DNA of 64,000 nucleotides from an uncultured Chloroflexia bacterium (GTDB taxonomy: Bacteria; Chloroflexota; Limnocylindria; Limnocylindrales; CSP1-4), in contig CAVVPT010000026.1 in assembly GCA_963750125.1 (NCBI GenBank), positions 22,059-86,058 of the forward strand. Reading direction: 5' to 3'. Within the stretch, counting starts at the first letter, position 1, and each line of letters opens with the position of its first letter. Under the pieces are notes generated by a model. It did not search any database, was not told the DNA's origin, and was given only the letters and a program-made list of their open reading frames with translations. Of this stretch, positions 37,795 through 47,968 are shown piece after piece. The translations under genes were made by a program, and so were the position numbers.

Positions 37795-38214
37795 TCAGCC
37801 GATCGGTTCGGGATTCCCGAGAACCGGGCAGCGGAAGTCCGCCGAGGGGGCGCGTTCGAGCGTCAACGCGCCCGATGACACGTACCCCTGCAACTCCGCC
37901 CAGCTGGTGACCAGCTCCGAGGGATCACCGGCGGCGGTCCAGGTGGCGCGGTAGACGGCCCAGCGGCCGCCGTGGTGGCCGATCGTGCCGGGGGCGAACT
38001 CGGCCACTCCGACCTGCGATCCGTTGGTGGAGTTCGTGAAGGTAGCGAGCGGGTCGGTCCCGGTTCCATCGGGGACGTTGGCCTTGTTGCCGAACACGCG
38101 GTAGAACGCATCGCTGGCGTAGACACCGCCGAACGTGCGACCGGCATTGACCGTGCCGGCGAGCGTCGAGAGTGCGACCAGCCCGATCGCGGCCGCGAGG
38201 ATGTAGCGTCGCAT
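37795..38214 (-). CDS. Secreted hypothetical protein
   Basis: Signal peptide; GGAGG RBS; HHGGRW..W and FRCP motifs. Confidence 0.78.
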   Translation of the reverse strand: MRRYILAAAIGLVALSTLAGTVNAGRTFGGVYASDAFYRVFGNKANVPDGTGTDPLATFTNSTNGSQVGVAEFAPGTIGHHGGRWAVYRATWTAAGDPSELVTSWAELQGYVSSGALTLERAPSADFRCPVLGNPEPIG

Positions 38215-38369
38215 GAGGTTCCTCCATCGGGTGACTCCGGTGCCGGCTGCAACCGGCCTGTGCGGGAGGATCGCGATGGTCCGTGTCCAACGAACGACGA
38301 CGCCGTGACGGTTTCGTGACGGTCCCGATGGTCGGGCTCGCGGGCATACTTGGCCGCGGAGGTCAAACG

Positions 38370-39212
38370 ATGCGGATCGTGGTCACCGGGGGAACGGGGA
38401 AGGGCGGATCCTGGGTCATCCAGGAGCTGCGCGGCGCCGGCCACGACGTGCGCAATGTCGACATCCGCCACGATCGCAGCGCGCACGGCCTGTGCGTCGT
38501 CGCAGACCTTACCGACCTCGGCCAGACGCTGGACGCGCTCAGCGGTTTCGACGCGGTCGTCCATTTCGCGGCCATCCCCGCCCCCGACATCCGGCCGGAC
38601 GGCGAGACATTCCGGATCAACGTGCTCTCGACGTACAACGTTTTTGCGGCGGCCGAGGCCCATCGGATGCGACGTGTCGTGTGGGCCTCGAGTGAGACCG
38701 TTCTCGGGCTGCCCTTCGACGTTCCACCCGCGTTCGCGCCCATCGACGAAACGATCGAGCCGCGGCCCGAGTCGTCATATGCGCTCTCGAAGCTCGCCGG
38801 CGAGACGATGGCGGAGCAGTTCGCCCGGCGCACCGGGATCGGGTTCGTCGGTCTCAGGATCTCGAACATCATGGAGCCCGACGACTACGCCAGGTTCCCG
38901 ACGTTCTGGGATGACCCGACCCTTCGAAAGTGGAACCTGTGGGGATACGTGGATGCCCGCGATGTCGCGACGGCCGCCCGGCTCGGACTGGAGGCGGAGA
39001 TCGACGGCTCCGAGATCTGCATCGTTGCCGCGGCCGACATTGTCATGCCGCAGCCGAGCGGGGAGCTCATGGCGCAGGTCTATCCGAGCGTGCCGCTCCG
39101 CCGTGAGGTCAAGGGTCGTGAGACCCTTCTGGCCATCGATCGCGCCCGCGAGCTCCTCGGGTATGAGCCGGCCCATCGCTGGGCGGATTACGTGAAGGCG
39201 CCCGCTGGCTGA
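38370..39212 (+). CDS. NAD-dependent epimerase/dehydratase
   Basis: VTGGTGKGG, WASSE and YALSK. Confidence 0.92.
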   Translation: MRIVVTGGTGKGGSWVIQELRGAGHDVRNVDIRHDRSAHGLCVVADLTDLGQTLDALSGFDAVVHFAAIPAPDIRPDGETFRINVLSTYNVFAAAEAHRMRRVVWASSETVLGLPFDVPPAFAPIDETIEPRPESSYALSKLAGETMAEQFARRTGIGFVGLRISNIMEPDDYARFPTFWDDPTLRKWNLWGYVDARDVATAARLGLEAEIDGSEICIVAAADIVMPQPSGELMAQVYPSVPLRREVKGRETLLAIDRARELLGYEPAHRWADYVKAPAG

Positions 39213-39224
39213 ACCCTCGGTGCG

Positions 39225-39827
39225 TCAGGGTCGGAGGCGACCGATCCCCGGCACGAAGCGCCCGGTGCGGGCCGCGTAGCGCCGATAGGCGTCGCCGTGG
39301 ACACGCTGGAGGTACGGCTCCTCGACGCGCCGGACCTGGATCTCGAGGCCGGCCACGAACAGGATGAGCATCGCGAGCGAGAGGATGTTCGGCACGACCA
39401 GCGCGAGCCCGGCCGCGGTCACCACCGCCCCGCTGAAGATCGGATTGCGCACCAGCCGGAAGGGCCCGCCGGTAATGAGCGGGGTCCGAACGTCCGGGTC
39501 GACATCGCCTCGCCATGACTCGCCCATCGCGAGCTGCGAACCGATCGTCACGGCGATCCCCAGCACGACGAGCAGGACGCCGCCGAAGCGCACGACCGGC
39601 TGGTCGAGGCCTGCGTACGGTGCCAGCCCGGCCAGCTCGGCGAGCGGCGCCGCGACCGCGAGGAGCACACCGATCGCCGATAGCAGCCGTGACCACCATT
39701 GCGGGGAGCCGGGTCGATCGCGCAGCTGGAGGACGCTCGCGCCCGTCCGGCCGTGCTGAACGACGGCGCGCAGGATCGAGACGAGCCCGACCCAGACGAA
39801 GACCAGGACCAGGTCGAGGACGGCCAT
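39225..39827 (-). CDS. Isoprenylcysteine carboxylmethyltransferase family membrane protein
   Basis: LITGGPFRLVRNPIF..EEPYL..YRRY..RFVP. Confidence 0.88.
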   Translation of the reverse strand: MAVLDLVLVFVWVGLVSILRAVVQHGRTGASVLQLRDRPGSPQWWSRLLSAIGVLLAVAAPLAELAGLAPYAGLDQPVVRFGGVLLVVLGIAVTIGSQLAMGESWRGDVDPDVRTPLITGGPFRLVRNPIFSGAVVTAAGLALVVPNILSLAMLILFVAGLEIQVRRVEEPYLQRVHGDAYRRYAARTGRFVPGIGRLRP

Positions 39828-39879
39828 CCCCGGTACCGTACCCTTCGGCGCCGGAGGCTCAGCAAACCGGAGGTCACGC

Positions 39880-40269
39880 ATGAGACTCATTCGCCCGACC
39901 GACACGACCGCCCGGGACGGCGGTCCCCACTTCACCGGCCCGGCATGGCTGCGCGAGCCGAAGGCGCCATGGACGGGGTACCGCGCGACGGTCGTCGACT
40001 TCGCACCCGGAACGAGGAACGACTGGCATCACCATCCGGGCGGGCAGGTGCTGTTCGTGCTGACCGGACACGGGCGGGTCGTCGCCGAGCGGGACGGCGG
40101 TCTTCACGAGGAAGCGTTCGGGCCCGGAGACATCGTGATCGCGGAACCTGGCGAGTGCCACTGGCACGGGGCGACCGATGACAGCTTCATGAGCCACCTG
40201 TCGGTGACCGCCGAGGACACGGTTTGGGGCAATGCCCGGGCCGACGCGCCGCCGGATTGCGGGAACTGA
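39880..40269 (+). CDS. Cupin domain protein
   Basis: WHHHPGGQVL..GD..HWHGA. Confidence 0.88.
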   Translation: MRLIRPTDTTARDGGPHFTGPAWLREPKAPWTGYRATVVDFAPGTRNDWHHHPGGQVLFVLTGHGRVVAERDGGLHEEAFGPGDIVIAEPGECHWHGATDDSFMSHLSVTAEDTVWGNARADAPPDCGN

Positions 40270-40478
40270 TTCCGATCTGCAACGCACGCCGTAGCGGCGT
40301 TCAGGCATGATCGGTCGATGATCGCGCACGCCTGTAGCTGCATGTGTCCTGGGCGGGTTTCGAACCCGCTCTGCGCGTGCACCTCAGAGCGGCGAGGTCG
40401 TTGAGCGCGCAGGGCCAACGCCAGGTTCGAACCCGCCACGCCGCCGTCGACGAGCAGCCCCAATCGACGGAGGACCCC

Positions 40479-40985
40479 ATGGCGATCCAGACACCGACGA
40501 CCGAATATGAACGCGCCCTGGCCGAGAACCGGCGCTACGCGGACCAGTTCGATCGCTCCGCGCTCCCGCTCCCGCCCGGACGAAAGCTTGCGGTGCTCGC
40601 CTGCATGGACGCGCGACTGACGGTCGAGGACGTGCTCTCGTTGCGCACCGGCGATGCACACATCATCCGCAACGCGGGCGGGCTCGCGACCGACGACGCG
40701 ATCCGCTCGCTCGTGATCAGCCAGCAACTCCTCGGGACCGAGGAGGTGATTGTCGTCGAGCACACCGGCTGCGGGATGCTGACGTTCCACGATGCCGACG
40801 TTCATCGTGAGCTCGTCGAAAAGACCGGTGCCGACGTGGACCTCGACTTCCACGCCTTTCCGGACCTCGAGTCGAACCTGCGGGCGCAGGTCGAACGGAT
40901 CCGGCAGCACCCGTGGATCAAGGACGTGCCCGTCCACGGCCTGATCTACGAGATCGATACGGGACGTCTCCGCGAGGTGGACTGA
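40479..40985 (+). CDS. Beta-class carbonic anhydrase (short clade D type)
   Basis: CMDARL, RNAGG and HTGCGM zinc ligands. Confidence 0.93.
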   Translation: MAIQTPTTEYERALAENRRYADQFDRSALPLPPGRKLAVLACMDARLTVEDVLSLRTGDAHIIRNAGGLATDDAIRSLVISQQLLGTEEVIVVEHTGCGMLTFHDADVHRELVEKTGADVDLDFHAFPDLESNLRAQVERIRQHPWIKDVPVHGLIYEIDTGRLREVD

Positions 40986-41033
40986 CGGGCCGGTCGTTCG
41001 TGGGCGCCGGCGGCCTCGCCGGCGCCTTCTTGC

Positions 41034-42590
41034 CTACGGCGACTCGGCTCCTGGCGGCAGGACTGCAACGTTGAGCCAGCGATCACCCGTCGCCCGCCGC
41101 ATCGCGAAGGTCTCCTCGAACGGTGACTCGGTGCGACTCTGGAGGGCGCCCGCCGTGTCGTAGACCTCCTCGATCTTCGTGCCCCGACCCAGCAGCCCCA
41201 GGCTGAGGCCGGTCTGCTGCCCGAAGGGGACGAGGAGCGATACGTCGATCGAGTCAAACAGGTAATGAGTCAGGACCGGGCCCGACACGCGTGCCGTCTC
41301 GAGCCGGCCGCGCATCTCGTCGAGGCGATCACCGTGATCGACCACGGTGAGGATCGACTCGTCGCCCCGGCGAAGCGCCTCGTTCTCGAGCTCGAGGTTC
41401 TCGGCCAGCGTCACGAGGACGGCCTGCATACCTGGTCCGGCCAGCTCGTGATCGAACGAGGTCACGTCCTCCGAGACGGTGATCTCGGGAAGCGTCGCCG
41501 GATCGATGGCCACCGGCACCCCGTCCAGCGAGGCCTCCGGATCGGGGACGATGACACCACGAGCCGGCGTGCCGGCGAACACGATCCCGGCACCGATGAG
41601 GAGGACCGTTCCGACCGCGAGCGCTGCGCCTGCAAGGCCGGGTGCTACGGCGAAGGTTCGCAGGTCGTCTGCGGCTGACTTCGGTTCAGGAACCGCCCGG
41701 TCGAGCAGCGGCCGGATCGCACACACCAGGACCAAACCCGAGAGGAGCCCGACCTTGGTCCACCACTCATCGGTCTGCGGCGCCATCAGGAGGACGCACG
41801 CGATCGCGACGAGCAGCCCGAACGCCACCCGGCCGACCTGCCCAGCCGGCACTGTCTTCGGGTCGGTGATCATGAAGAACAGGAAGATCATGACTTCCGG
41901 CGAGGTCACGATCACCCGCCAGTAGTCGGCCCCGCAGACCGGCGCGAACGCCCAGTTCGCCGTCATGCAGTGGCCCGACGCGGCGAGCACGCCGAGGCCC
42001 GCCGCGAGCGCCAGCCAGAACGTCGCGGCGAGCGCCAGCAGCTTCAGGCGGCGGGTGATCAGTGTCCCGCCGATAAGGATCACCGCATACGCAGCCACAA
42101 GCCCAAGGTCGAGCGGACCCCACCAGAAGTCGAGCGGCTCGACGCGCGTCATGCCGAGCACGATGAACGCCACAACAAGGCCGATGTTCGACGGGTTGAA
42201 GATGTGGTTGCCGTGGTAGCGGATGACGTACTTCGACAGCAGCGCCAGCCCGGCGACCGCGGCAAAGACGTACCACCCGTCGAAGGTCCAATGATCGTTC
42301 GGTGCCTGGCCGGTGAGGCGCAGGATCAGGGCAACACCGCTGCCCGTGAGCATCGCGCTGGCCGGCCACACGAACGCCTTTGACGATCGGAAGGTCAGCA
42401 AAACCTCCAGGACGGCACAGGTCAGGATCGCCGCGAGGATCTGAGGGATGCTGACCCGGAAGTTCAGCGTCGCCTGGCCGAGGATGTGGATCGTGATGAT
42501 CACCGCCGCCACATGCAGGCGCGGGTCGCGGATGCTGGGCAGCACGAGCGGATACGTGTCGCCGCCAAGCGTCAGCGTGCGGGCGGTCAT
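41034..42590 (-). CDS. RnfD/NqrB-like (UnbU-like) membrane protein with C-terminal soluble domain
   Basis: RDPRLH, SAMLTG, HIFNPSN and FFMITDPKT. Confidence 0.78.
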   Translation of the reverse strand: MTARTLTLGGDTYPLVLPSIRDPRLHVAAVIITIHILGQATLNFRVSIPQILAAILTCAVLEVLLTFRSSKAFVWPASAMLTGSGVALILRLTGQAPNDHWTFDGWYVFAAVAGLALLSKYVIRYHGNHIFNPSNIGLVVAFIVLGMTRVEPLDFWWGPLDLGLVAAYAVILIGGTLITRRLKLLALAATFWLALAAGLGVLAASGHCMTANWAFAPVCGADYWRVIVTSPEVMIFLFFMITDPKTVPAGQVGRVAFGLLVAIACVLLMAPQTDEWWTKVGLLSGLVLVCAIRPLLDRAVPEPKSAADDLRTFAVAPGLAGAALAVGTVLLIGAGIVFAGTPARGVIVPDPEASLDGVPVAIDPATLPEITVSEDVTSFDHELAGPGMQAVLVTLAENLELENEALRRGDESILTVVDHGDRLDEMRGRLETARVSGPVLTHYLFDSIDVSLLVPFGQQTGLSLGLLGRGTKIEEVYDTAGALQSRTESPFEETFAMRRATGDRWLNVAVLPPGAESP

Positions 42591-42645
42591 CGGTCGCGCG
42601 GGAACAAGCGGTCGAGAAACATGACGGTTTCCGTAGGATACGCAT

Positions 42646-43707
42646 ATGACACTCCCCACCGAACCGATCGGCAGTATCCCGCGCCCGCCGGCGCTGATTG
42701 ACGGCATGCGCGCTGCGGGCGAGGGGCTGCTCGGATCGGCCGCTCTCGAGACCCTTTACGACGACGCGGTGCAGGACACCCTGCGGCGTTTCGAGGAGAC
42801 GGGTTCGCCGGTCATCACCGACGGCGAGCAGCGCAAGCAGAGTTTCGCGACCTATCCGGTCGCCGGACTCACGAACCTCGCGCCGGGCGGCGCGACCATC
42901 CCGTTCAAGGACGGGCATACCCGCCAGCTCCCGCTCCTGACCTCCGGCCCGTTCCGCTACGCCTCGCCCGCCTGGGAATACGTCGATGCCGCGCGACCCC
43001 ACACGCAGGCGAAACTCAAGCAGGCGGTCATCTCGGCCTCCGCGCTCAGCCTGATGTACCCAGGGGACGGCCTGCGTGACTACCCGCGGGACGCGTTCAT
43101 CGAGGATCTCGTCAACGAGGCCGCCGCCGAGATCCGCGGTTGCCTGGACCGCGACGCGGACGTTCAGATTGACTTCACCGAGGCACGCCTGTCGCTCAAG
43201 CTCGACCCGTCGGGCGGGCTGCTGAATCAGTTCGTGGACCTGAACAACCGGGTGCTTGGCGAGTTGTCGGACGAGCAGCGGGCGCGGGTCGGGGTCCACA
43301 CCTGCCCCGGTGGTGACCGCGATTCCACGCACAGCGCGGACGTTCCATACGAGGCCCTGCTGCCGTCCCTGTTCCGCCTCAATGTCGGCCGGTTCTACGT
43401 CCAGCTCGCGAGCGAAGCTGACCGTCCGCGAGTCCTCAAGGTGCTCGGGGAGCACGCGAACGACGGGAGGCGGATCTACGTCGGTGTCATCGACCCGCTC
43501 GACCCACGGATCGAGACGGCCGAGGAGGTCCGCGACCGGGTCCTCGAGGCAGCCCGCTTCATCGACCCGGCGCACCTCGGTACGACCGATGACTGCGGGT
43601 TTTCGCCGTTCGGCGACGATACGTCGACCTCACGTGACACGGCCTTCGCCAAGATCCGCGCGCGTGTCGATGGGACCGACATGGCGTCTCGCGAGCTGGG
43701 GGTCTGA
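42646..43707 (+). CDS. Cobalamin-independent methionine synthase II family (single-barrel MetE-like)
   Basis: PIGSIPRP, ITDGEQ, VHTCPGG and DDCGF. Confidence 0.88.
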   Translation: MTLPTEPIGSIPRPPALIDGMRAAGEGLLGSAALETLYDDAVQDTLRRFEETGSPVITDGEQRKQSFATYPVAGLTNLAPGGATIPFKDGHTRQLPLLTSGPFRYASPAWEYVDAARPHTQAKLKQAVISASALSLMYPGDGLRDYPRDAFIEDLVNEAAAEIRGCLDRDADVQIDFTEARLSLKLDPSGGLLNQFVDLNNRVLGELSDEQRARVGVHTCPGGDRDSTHSADVPYEALLPSLFRLNVGRFYVQLASEADRPRVLKVLGEHANDGRRIYVGVIDPLDPRIETAEEVRDRVLEAARFIDPAHLGTTDDCGFSPFGDDTSTSRDTAFAKIRARVDGTDMASRELGV

Positions 43708-43708
43708 G

Positions 43709-44332
43709 ATGGCTCGCGACGACGAGCGCCACGCCCGATCGCAGCAGGAGCCGCTCGTCGGCGGACTGCCGGACGTGCCCGGCATCCTGACCGCGCTCCG
43801 GCTCACGCCAGCACTCGGTGTCCACCTGCGCGGCCTCGCCGACGAGCTACTCGTCGATGCCTTCGAGGGTGCCACGATCAGCCGGGCGCAGCGCGAGATG
43901 CTGGCCACGGCGGTATCCGCCGCGAACGACTGCTTCTACTGCATGGACTCGCACGGGGCGTTCGCGAGCGCGCTGCTCGAGCGTTCCGAGGCGGTCGAGC
44001 TCCTGCCCCTCGTTGACGAGATCAAGAACGGGTCGTCCGACGGTTTCGATCCAAAGATGCGGGCACTCCTGCACATCGCGCGGACCGTTCGCCGCGAGCC
44101 GCTCGAGCTGGCCGCTGCGGACATCGCCGCCGCACAGGATGCGGGCGCTTCCGACCAGGATATCCAGCTCGCGGTGCTCATCGCAGCCGCATTCTCGATG
44201 TACAACCGGATCGTCGAGGGGTTCCGCGCCCGGACCCCGCCAACCCCGGAGGCCTATCGTGCGCGCGCCGACGAGATCGCCGAGCACGGCTACAGCGACG
44301 CCCGTGTCGCCAGCCTGCCCGGTCGTTCCTGA
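43709..44332 (+). CDS. AhpD/carboxymuconolactone decarboxylase family peroxidase-related enzyme
   Basis: REMLATAVSAANDCFYCMDSH; FSMYNRIV. Confidence 0.88.
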   Translation: MARDDERHARSQQEPLVGGLPDVPGILTALRLTPALGVHLRGLADELLVDAFEGATISRAQREMLATAVSAANDCFYCMDSHGAFASALLERSEAVELLPLVDEIKNGSSDGFDPKMRALLHIARTVRREPLELAAADIAAAQDAGASDQDIQLAVLIAAAFSMYNRIVEGFRARTPPTPEAYRARADEIAEHGYSDARVASLPGRS

Positions 44333-44418
44333 GGGCCCGGTCCACAGATCCACGAGGCAGACCGGCCGGTTCCCCCCTTTGGACCGGCCGGCCTTGGATC
44401 GTTCGAGAGCAGTTCGAC

Positions 44419-44937
44419 CTAACGAACGGTGATGGTGCCCTGCATCCAGGGATGGATGGCACAGAGGTACTTGAGCGTCGTTCCTGCCGGTGCAGTGACC
44501 TGCGCGCTGATCGTGTTGAACCCTTCTTCTTCACCGAACAAGACGGAATCGCCCGGCTCGTTGAACCCTGGCAAGCCGACGTCGACGGTCAGGACGACCG
44601 GTCCGCCAGGAAAGCCATGGGCAGCGAGGGCCTGGCCGCATGGCTGGTCGGGCGCACCGCATCCGAAGATCGCGTCGAGCGTCGATTCTGGGAACGCCTC
44701 GACGATCGTCGCAGTGTGCGGCTCGTCCGTCTTGTCATCGTGCGTCCATGTGACCTCGTCGCCGCTCGTCGTACCGATCTGGCCGGGCGTGAATCGGAGC
44801 GTCGCCTGGACCATGGCGTTGGGCACGACGCGCTCGTCGCCGGTGGACCTGACCTCGTTGGGAGCAGCCACCGCTCCGTTCGCGATCAGCGCGACTGCCA
44901 GCACGGCCACAGTTATGGGGAGTAGTCGTCGCTTCAT
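44419..44937 (-). CDS. Secreted cupredoxin (type-1 copper) protein
   Basis: Signal peptide; EPHT and YLCAIHPWMQG ligands. Confidence 0.82.
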   Translation of the reverse strand: MKRRLLPITVAVLAVALIANGAVAAPNEVRSTGDERVVPNAMVQATLRFTPGQIGTTSGDEVTWTHDDKTDEPHTATIVEAFPESTLDAIFGCGAPDQPCGQALAAHGFPGGPVVLTVDVGLPGFNEPGDSVLFGEEEGFNTISAQVTAPAGTTLKYLCAIHPWMQGTITVR

Positions 44938-45144
44938 CCTGCCTCCTTCCGGGCACGTCGGCATCAGGGCTGCGGCGCGTCCTGGCGAGACGCTATGTCG
45001 CTCTGCTTGCCGAGATAACCGGGAATCCACGGTGTTTTCCGCGGGATGCGCTTCCTCCCTGGGGTATCGTCTGGGCTGACGAGCTCATCGACCGCCGCTT
45101 CGATTGCTTCGATCGCTGCGGACCCAGGGCCGCCCGAGGACGAC

Positions 45145-47922
45145 GTGACGTCGATCACGGATTCCCGGCCGGGGGTCATCGGTCGCGACGACGATCTTGC
45201 CGCCGGCGACCGGTTCCTTGACGCGCTCGAAAGCGGCTCGGCGACGCTCGTGCTCGAGGGCGAACCCGGGATCGGCAAGACGACGGTATGGTCGGAGATC
45301 CGCGCCCGTGCGCTGGCGCGCGGGCACACCGTCCTCACCTCGCAACCGGTCCAATCCGAGACCGAGCTCCCCTTCGCCGGTCTGCTCGACCTGCTCGTCG
45401 AGCACCTCGACCTGCTCGGCGAGATTCCCGGTCCGCAGCGTCGCGCGCTGGAGATCGCCCTGACGCGGGTCGAACCGGAGCTCGACGAGACGGTTCGCAG
45501 CATTGCCGCCTCGGCCGGCTTCCATGCGTTGCTTATCCAGATGTCGAGGGAATCGCCGGTCGTCATCGCGATCGACGACCTTCAGTGGCTCGACGTACCG
45601 ACCTTCAGGGTGGCTTCCTTCGCGGTTCGGCGGCTCGGATCCTTGCGCGCCGGTCTACTCGCCACGCTCCGCGTTCCGTCCGCGCTTGACCCAGGAGTCC
45701 GAGTGATCGACATCGGCGTCGTTGTGGATCGTCTCCGCCTCAGGCCGCTGTCCATGGCGAACCTTGATCGGCTGATCGATGAGCGGCTCGGACACACGCT
45801 TCCGCGCTATGAGCTCGCCCGCATCGAGGCCCTGTCGGGCGGGAACGCGATCGTCGCCCTCGAGATTGCCCGGGCTTCGACACGGGACGGGCACGAGCCC
45901 GCCGACCTGGGCGCTGCGATTCCTGAGGCCGTGGCGGGTCTCGTTCTGGGTCGCGTCGAGCAGCTGCCCGAGCCGACCCGGCACGCCCTGCTTCAATGTG
46001 CCGCGCTGTCGCGCCCGACCACGCAGCTCGTGGACGCAATCAATCTCGAGCCTGCCGTCGTCGCCGGTCTGGTGGCACTCGACGCGGACGACCGGATCCG
46101 GTTTGCCCACCCGCTGTTTGCCCGCGCGGTGTATTCGAAGGCCACGCCGGCGCGCCGCGCCGACGTGCATCGCTGGTTCTCCGAGCGGGTCGCCGACCCG
46201 GATGAGCAGACGCTGCATGCCGACCTCGCAACCAGCGAACGTGATGCCGGATTGGCACTGCGGCTCCACGAAGCTGCGGAACGAACACGTCGGAAGGGAG
46301 CTCCCGAGGTCGCCGCGGAGCTCGAGGAGCGCGCCGTTGCGCGAACGCCGCCGGAAGACACCGAGCTCGAGCTCATGCGGCGCCTTCGCGCGGCCGAGCA
46401 TCACGAACGAGCCGGCAACATCGTCCGGGCGACCGCGCTGGTCGCAGAGGTTCTCGCGGCGACACGCGTTCCCGCCGCGCGCGCCCGGGCGCACTGGCTT
46501 GTCGCCCAGATCGCGTTCGGGCAGAGCTTTCCGACGGCGATCGAACTCCTCGAGGATGCGATCCGGCAACCCGGCGCCGAACCCGCCAGTGTGGCGCAGC
46601 TGGAGGCATATCTCGGCTTCGCGAAACTCGCGATGACCGACTTCGCGGGCGCCTTGCCACACGCTCGGCGGGCCGAGCAGCTCGCCTCCGCATCGGGGGA
46701 TCGGCCGGCGCTCGGAGACGCCCTCGCGCTTCGCGCATACATTGAGCTGGTCAAGGATGATCGGCTCGACCGCGACGCCATGCGCCGCGCGCTCGAGCTC
46801 GAGGACCCGGGCCGCGAGACCCCGGTCCAGCTCCGTCCGCTGCAGTTCGCAGCGACGATCGATCTGCTGTTCGGACGGATCGACGAGGCGCGGGCCGCGC
46901 TGCTCGCACTCCGGACGGCCATCCTGGAGTCCGGAGAAGAGCACGAACTGCCGTACGTTTCCAACCTCCTCGGCTTCGCTTCCCTCGTGAGTGGCGATCA
47001 ACCAGCGGCCCTGACGTATGTCGACGAGGCCTATCGCACCTCGATCGTCGTCGGGAGCGAGACGCTCACAGGGTTTGCGATCGGGGTGCGCTGCCTGGTC
47101 TCCGCGTTGGCGGGCGACGTCGAAGCGGCTCGTGCCGATGCGAGCAAGGCCAACGCGATCTTCGACCGCGTAGCCTGGGGAGTCGGGCGCTTCTATGTCG
47201 CCAAGGCGATGAGCTTCCTGGCGTTGTCGCTCGACCGGCCCGCGGAGATCGAGCATGTCCTGGGACCCTTTGCCGCTGGGCTCGGCACGACCGTCGGGTT
47301 CTCCGTGCCGGCATTCTTCTACGGCGATCTGATCGATGCCAGGCTCATGACCGGCGACCGGAAGGGAGCGGCACGCCTCATCGAAGGGCTCGTCGAGGCG
47401 GGTCGGAGGGTCGACTCGCCGTTGGCGCTCGTCATCGGCTTGCGCGGAAAGGCTTTGCTCGAGTCGGCCCGAGGGCGACACGTGGCCGCGCTGGCGGCTG
47501 TGGCGGAGGCCGAGCGGGTGTCCGCGACCATGGCGATCCCATCGGAGCACGGACGCACCATGCTCGCCAAGGGAGTCATCCTGCGGCGGACGCGTCGGAA
47601 GCAGGCGGCATCTGAGGCCCTGGCCGCGGCGCGGGCGATTTTCGATCAGGCCGGCATGCGTCTCTGGGTCGGTAAGGCAGACAGCGAGCTGGCGAGGGTC
47701 GGATTACGTCGTGCCGGGAGATCCGAGCTGACCGAGACCGAACGACGGATCGCGGAGCTCGCCGCAACCGGGCTGACGAACCGGGAGGTCGCAGCAGAAG
47801 CATTCGTGAGCCCCAGGACGGTCGAGGACGTCCTGTCGCGGGTCTACTCGAAGTTGGACATCCGTTCGCGAGCAGAGCTCGGCGCGTGGATGGCAGCCAG
47901 GAGAAGCGGACCGTCACACTGA
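45145..47922 (+). CDS. AAA ATPase-LuxR (LAL/STAND) regulator
   Basis: GEPGIGKT, IDDLQWLD, RFAHPL and C-terminal LTETERRIA..TNREVA..TVE..VYSKL. Confidence 0.92.
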   Translation: MTSITDSRPGVIGRDDDLAAGDRFLDALESGSATLVLEGEPGIGKTTVWSEIRARALARGHTVLTSQPVQSETELPFAGLLDLLVEHLDLLGEIPGPQRRALEIALTRVEPELDETVRSIAASAGFHALLIQMSRESPVVIAIDDLQWLDVPTFRVASFAVRRLGSLRAGLLATLRVPSALDPGVRVIDIGVVVDRLRLRPLSMANLDRLIDERLGHTLPRYELARIEALSGGNAIVALEIARASTRDGHEPADLGAAIPEAVAGLVLGRVEQLPEPTRHALLQCAALSRPTTQLVDAINLEPAVVAGLVALDADDRIRFAHPLFARAVYSKATPARRADVHRWFSERVADPDEQTLHADLATSERDAGLALRLHEAAERTRRKGAPEVAAELEERAVARTPPEDTELELMRRLRAAEHHERAGNIVRATALVAEVLAATRVPAARARAHWLVAQIAFGQSFPTAIELLEDAIRQPGAEPASVAQLEAYLGFAKLAMTDFAGALPHARRAEQLASASGDRPALGDALALRAYIELVKDDRLDRDAMRRALELEDPGRETPVQLRPLQFAATIDLLFGRIDEARAALLALRTAILESGEEHELPYVSNLLGFASLVSGDQPAALTYVDEAYRTSIVVGSETLTGFAIGVRCLVSALAGDVEAARADASKANAIFDRVAWGVGRFYVAKAMSFLALSLDRPAEIEHVLGPFAAGLGTTVGFSVPAFFYGDLIDARLMTGDRKGAARLIEGLVEAGRRVDSPLALVIGLRGKALLESARGRHVAALAAVAEAERVSATMAIPSEHGRTMLAKGVILRRTRRKQAASEALAAARAIFDQAGMRLWVGKADSELARVGLRRAGRSELTETERRIAELAATGLTNREVAAEAFVSPRTVEDVLSRVYSKLDIRSRAELGAWMAARRSGPSH

Positions 47923-47968
47923 GCAACGACCAGCCCCTGTCCCGTAGCGGCATGCGAACATTGTCCTG

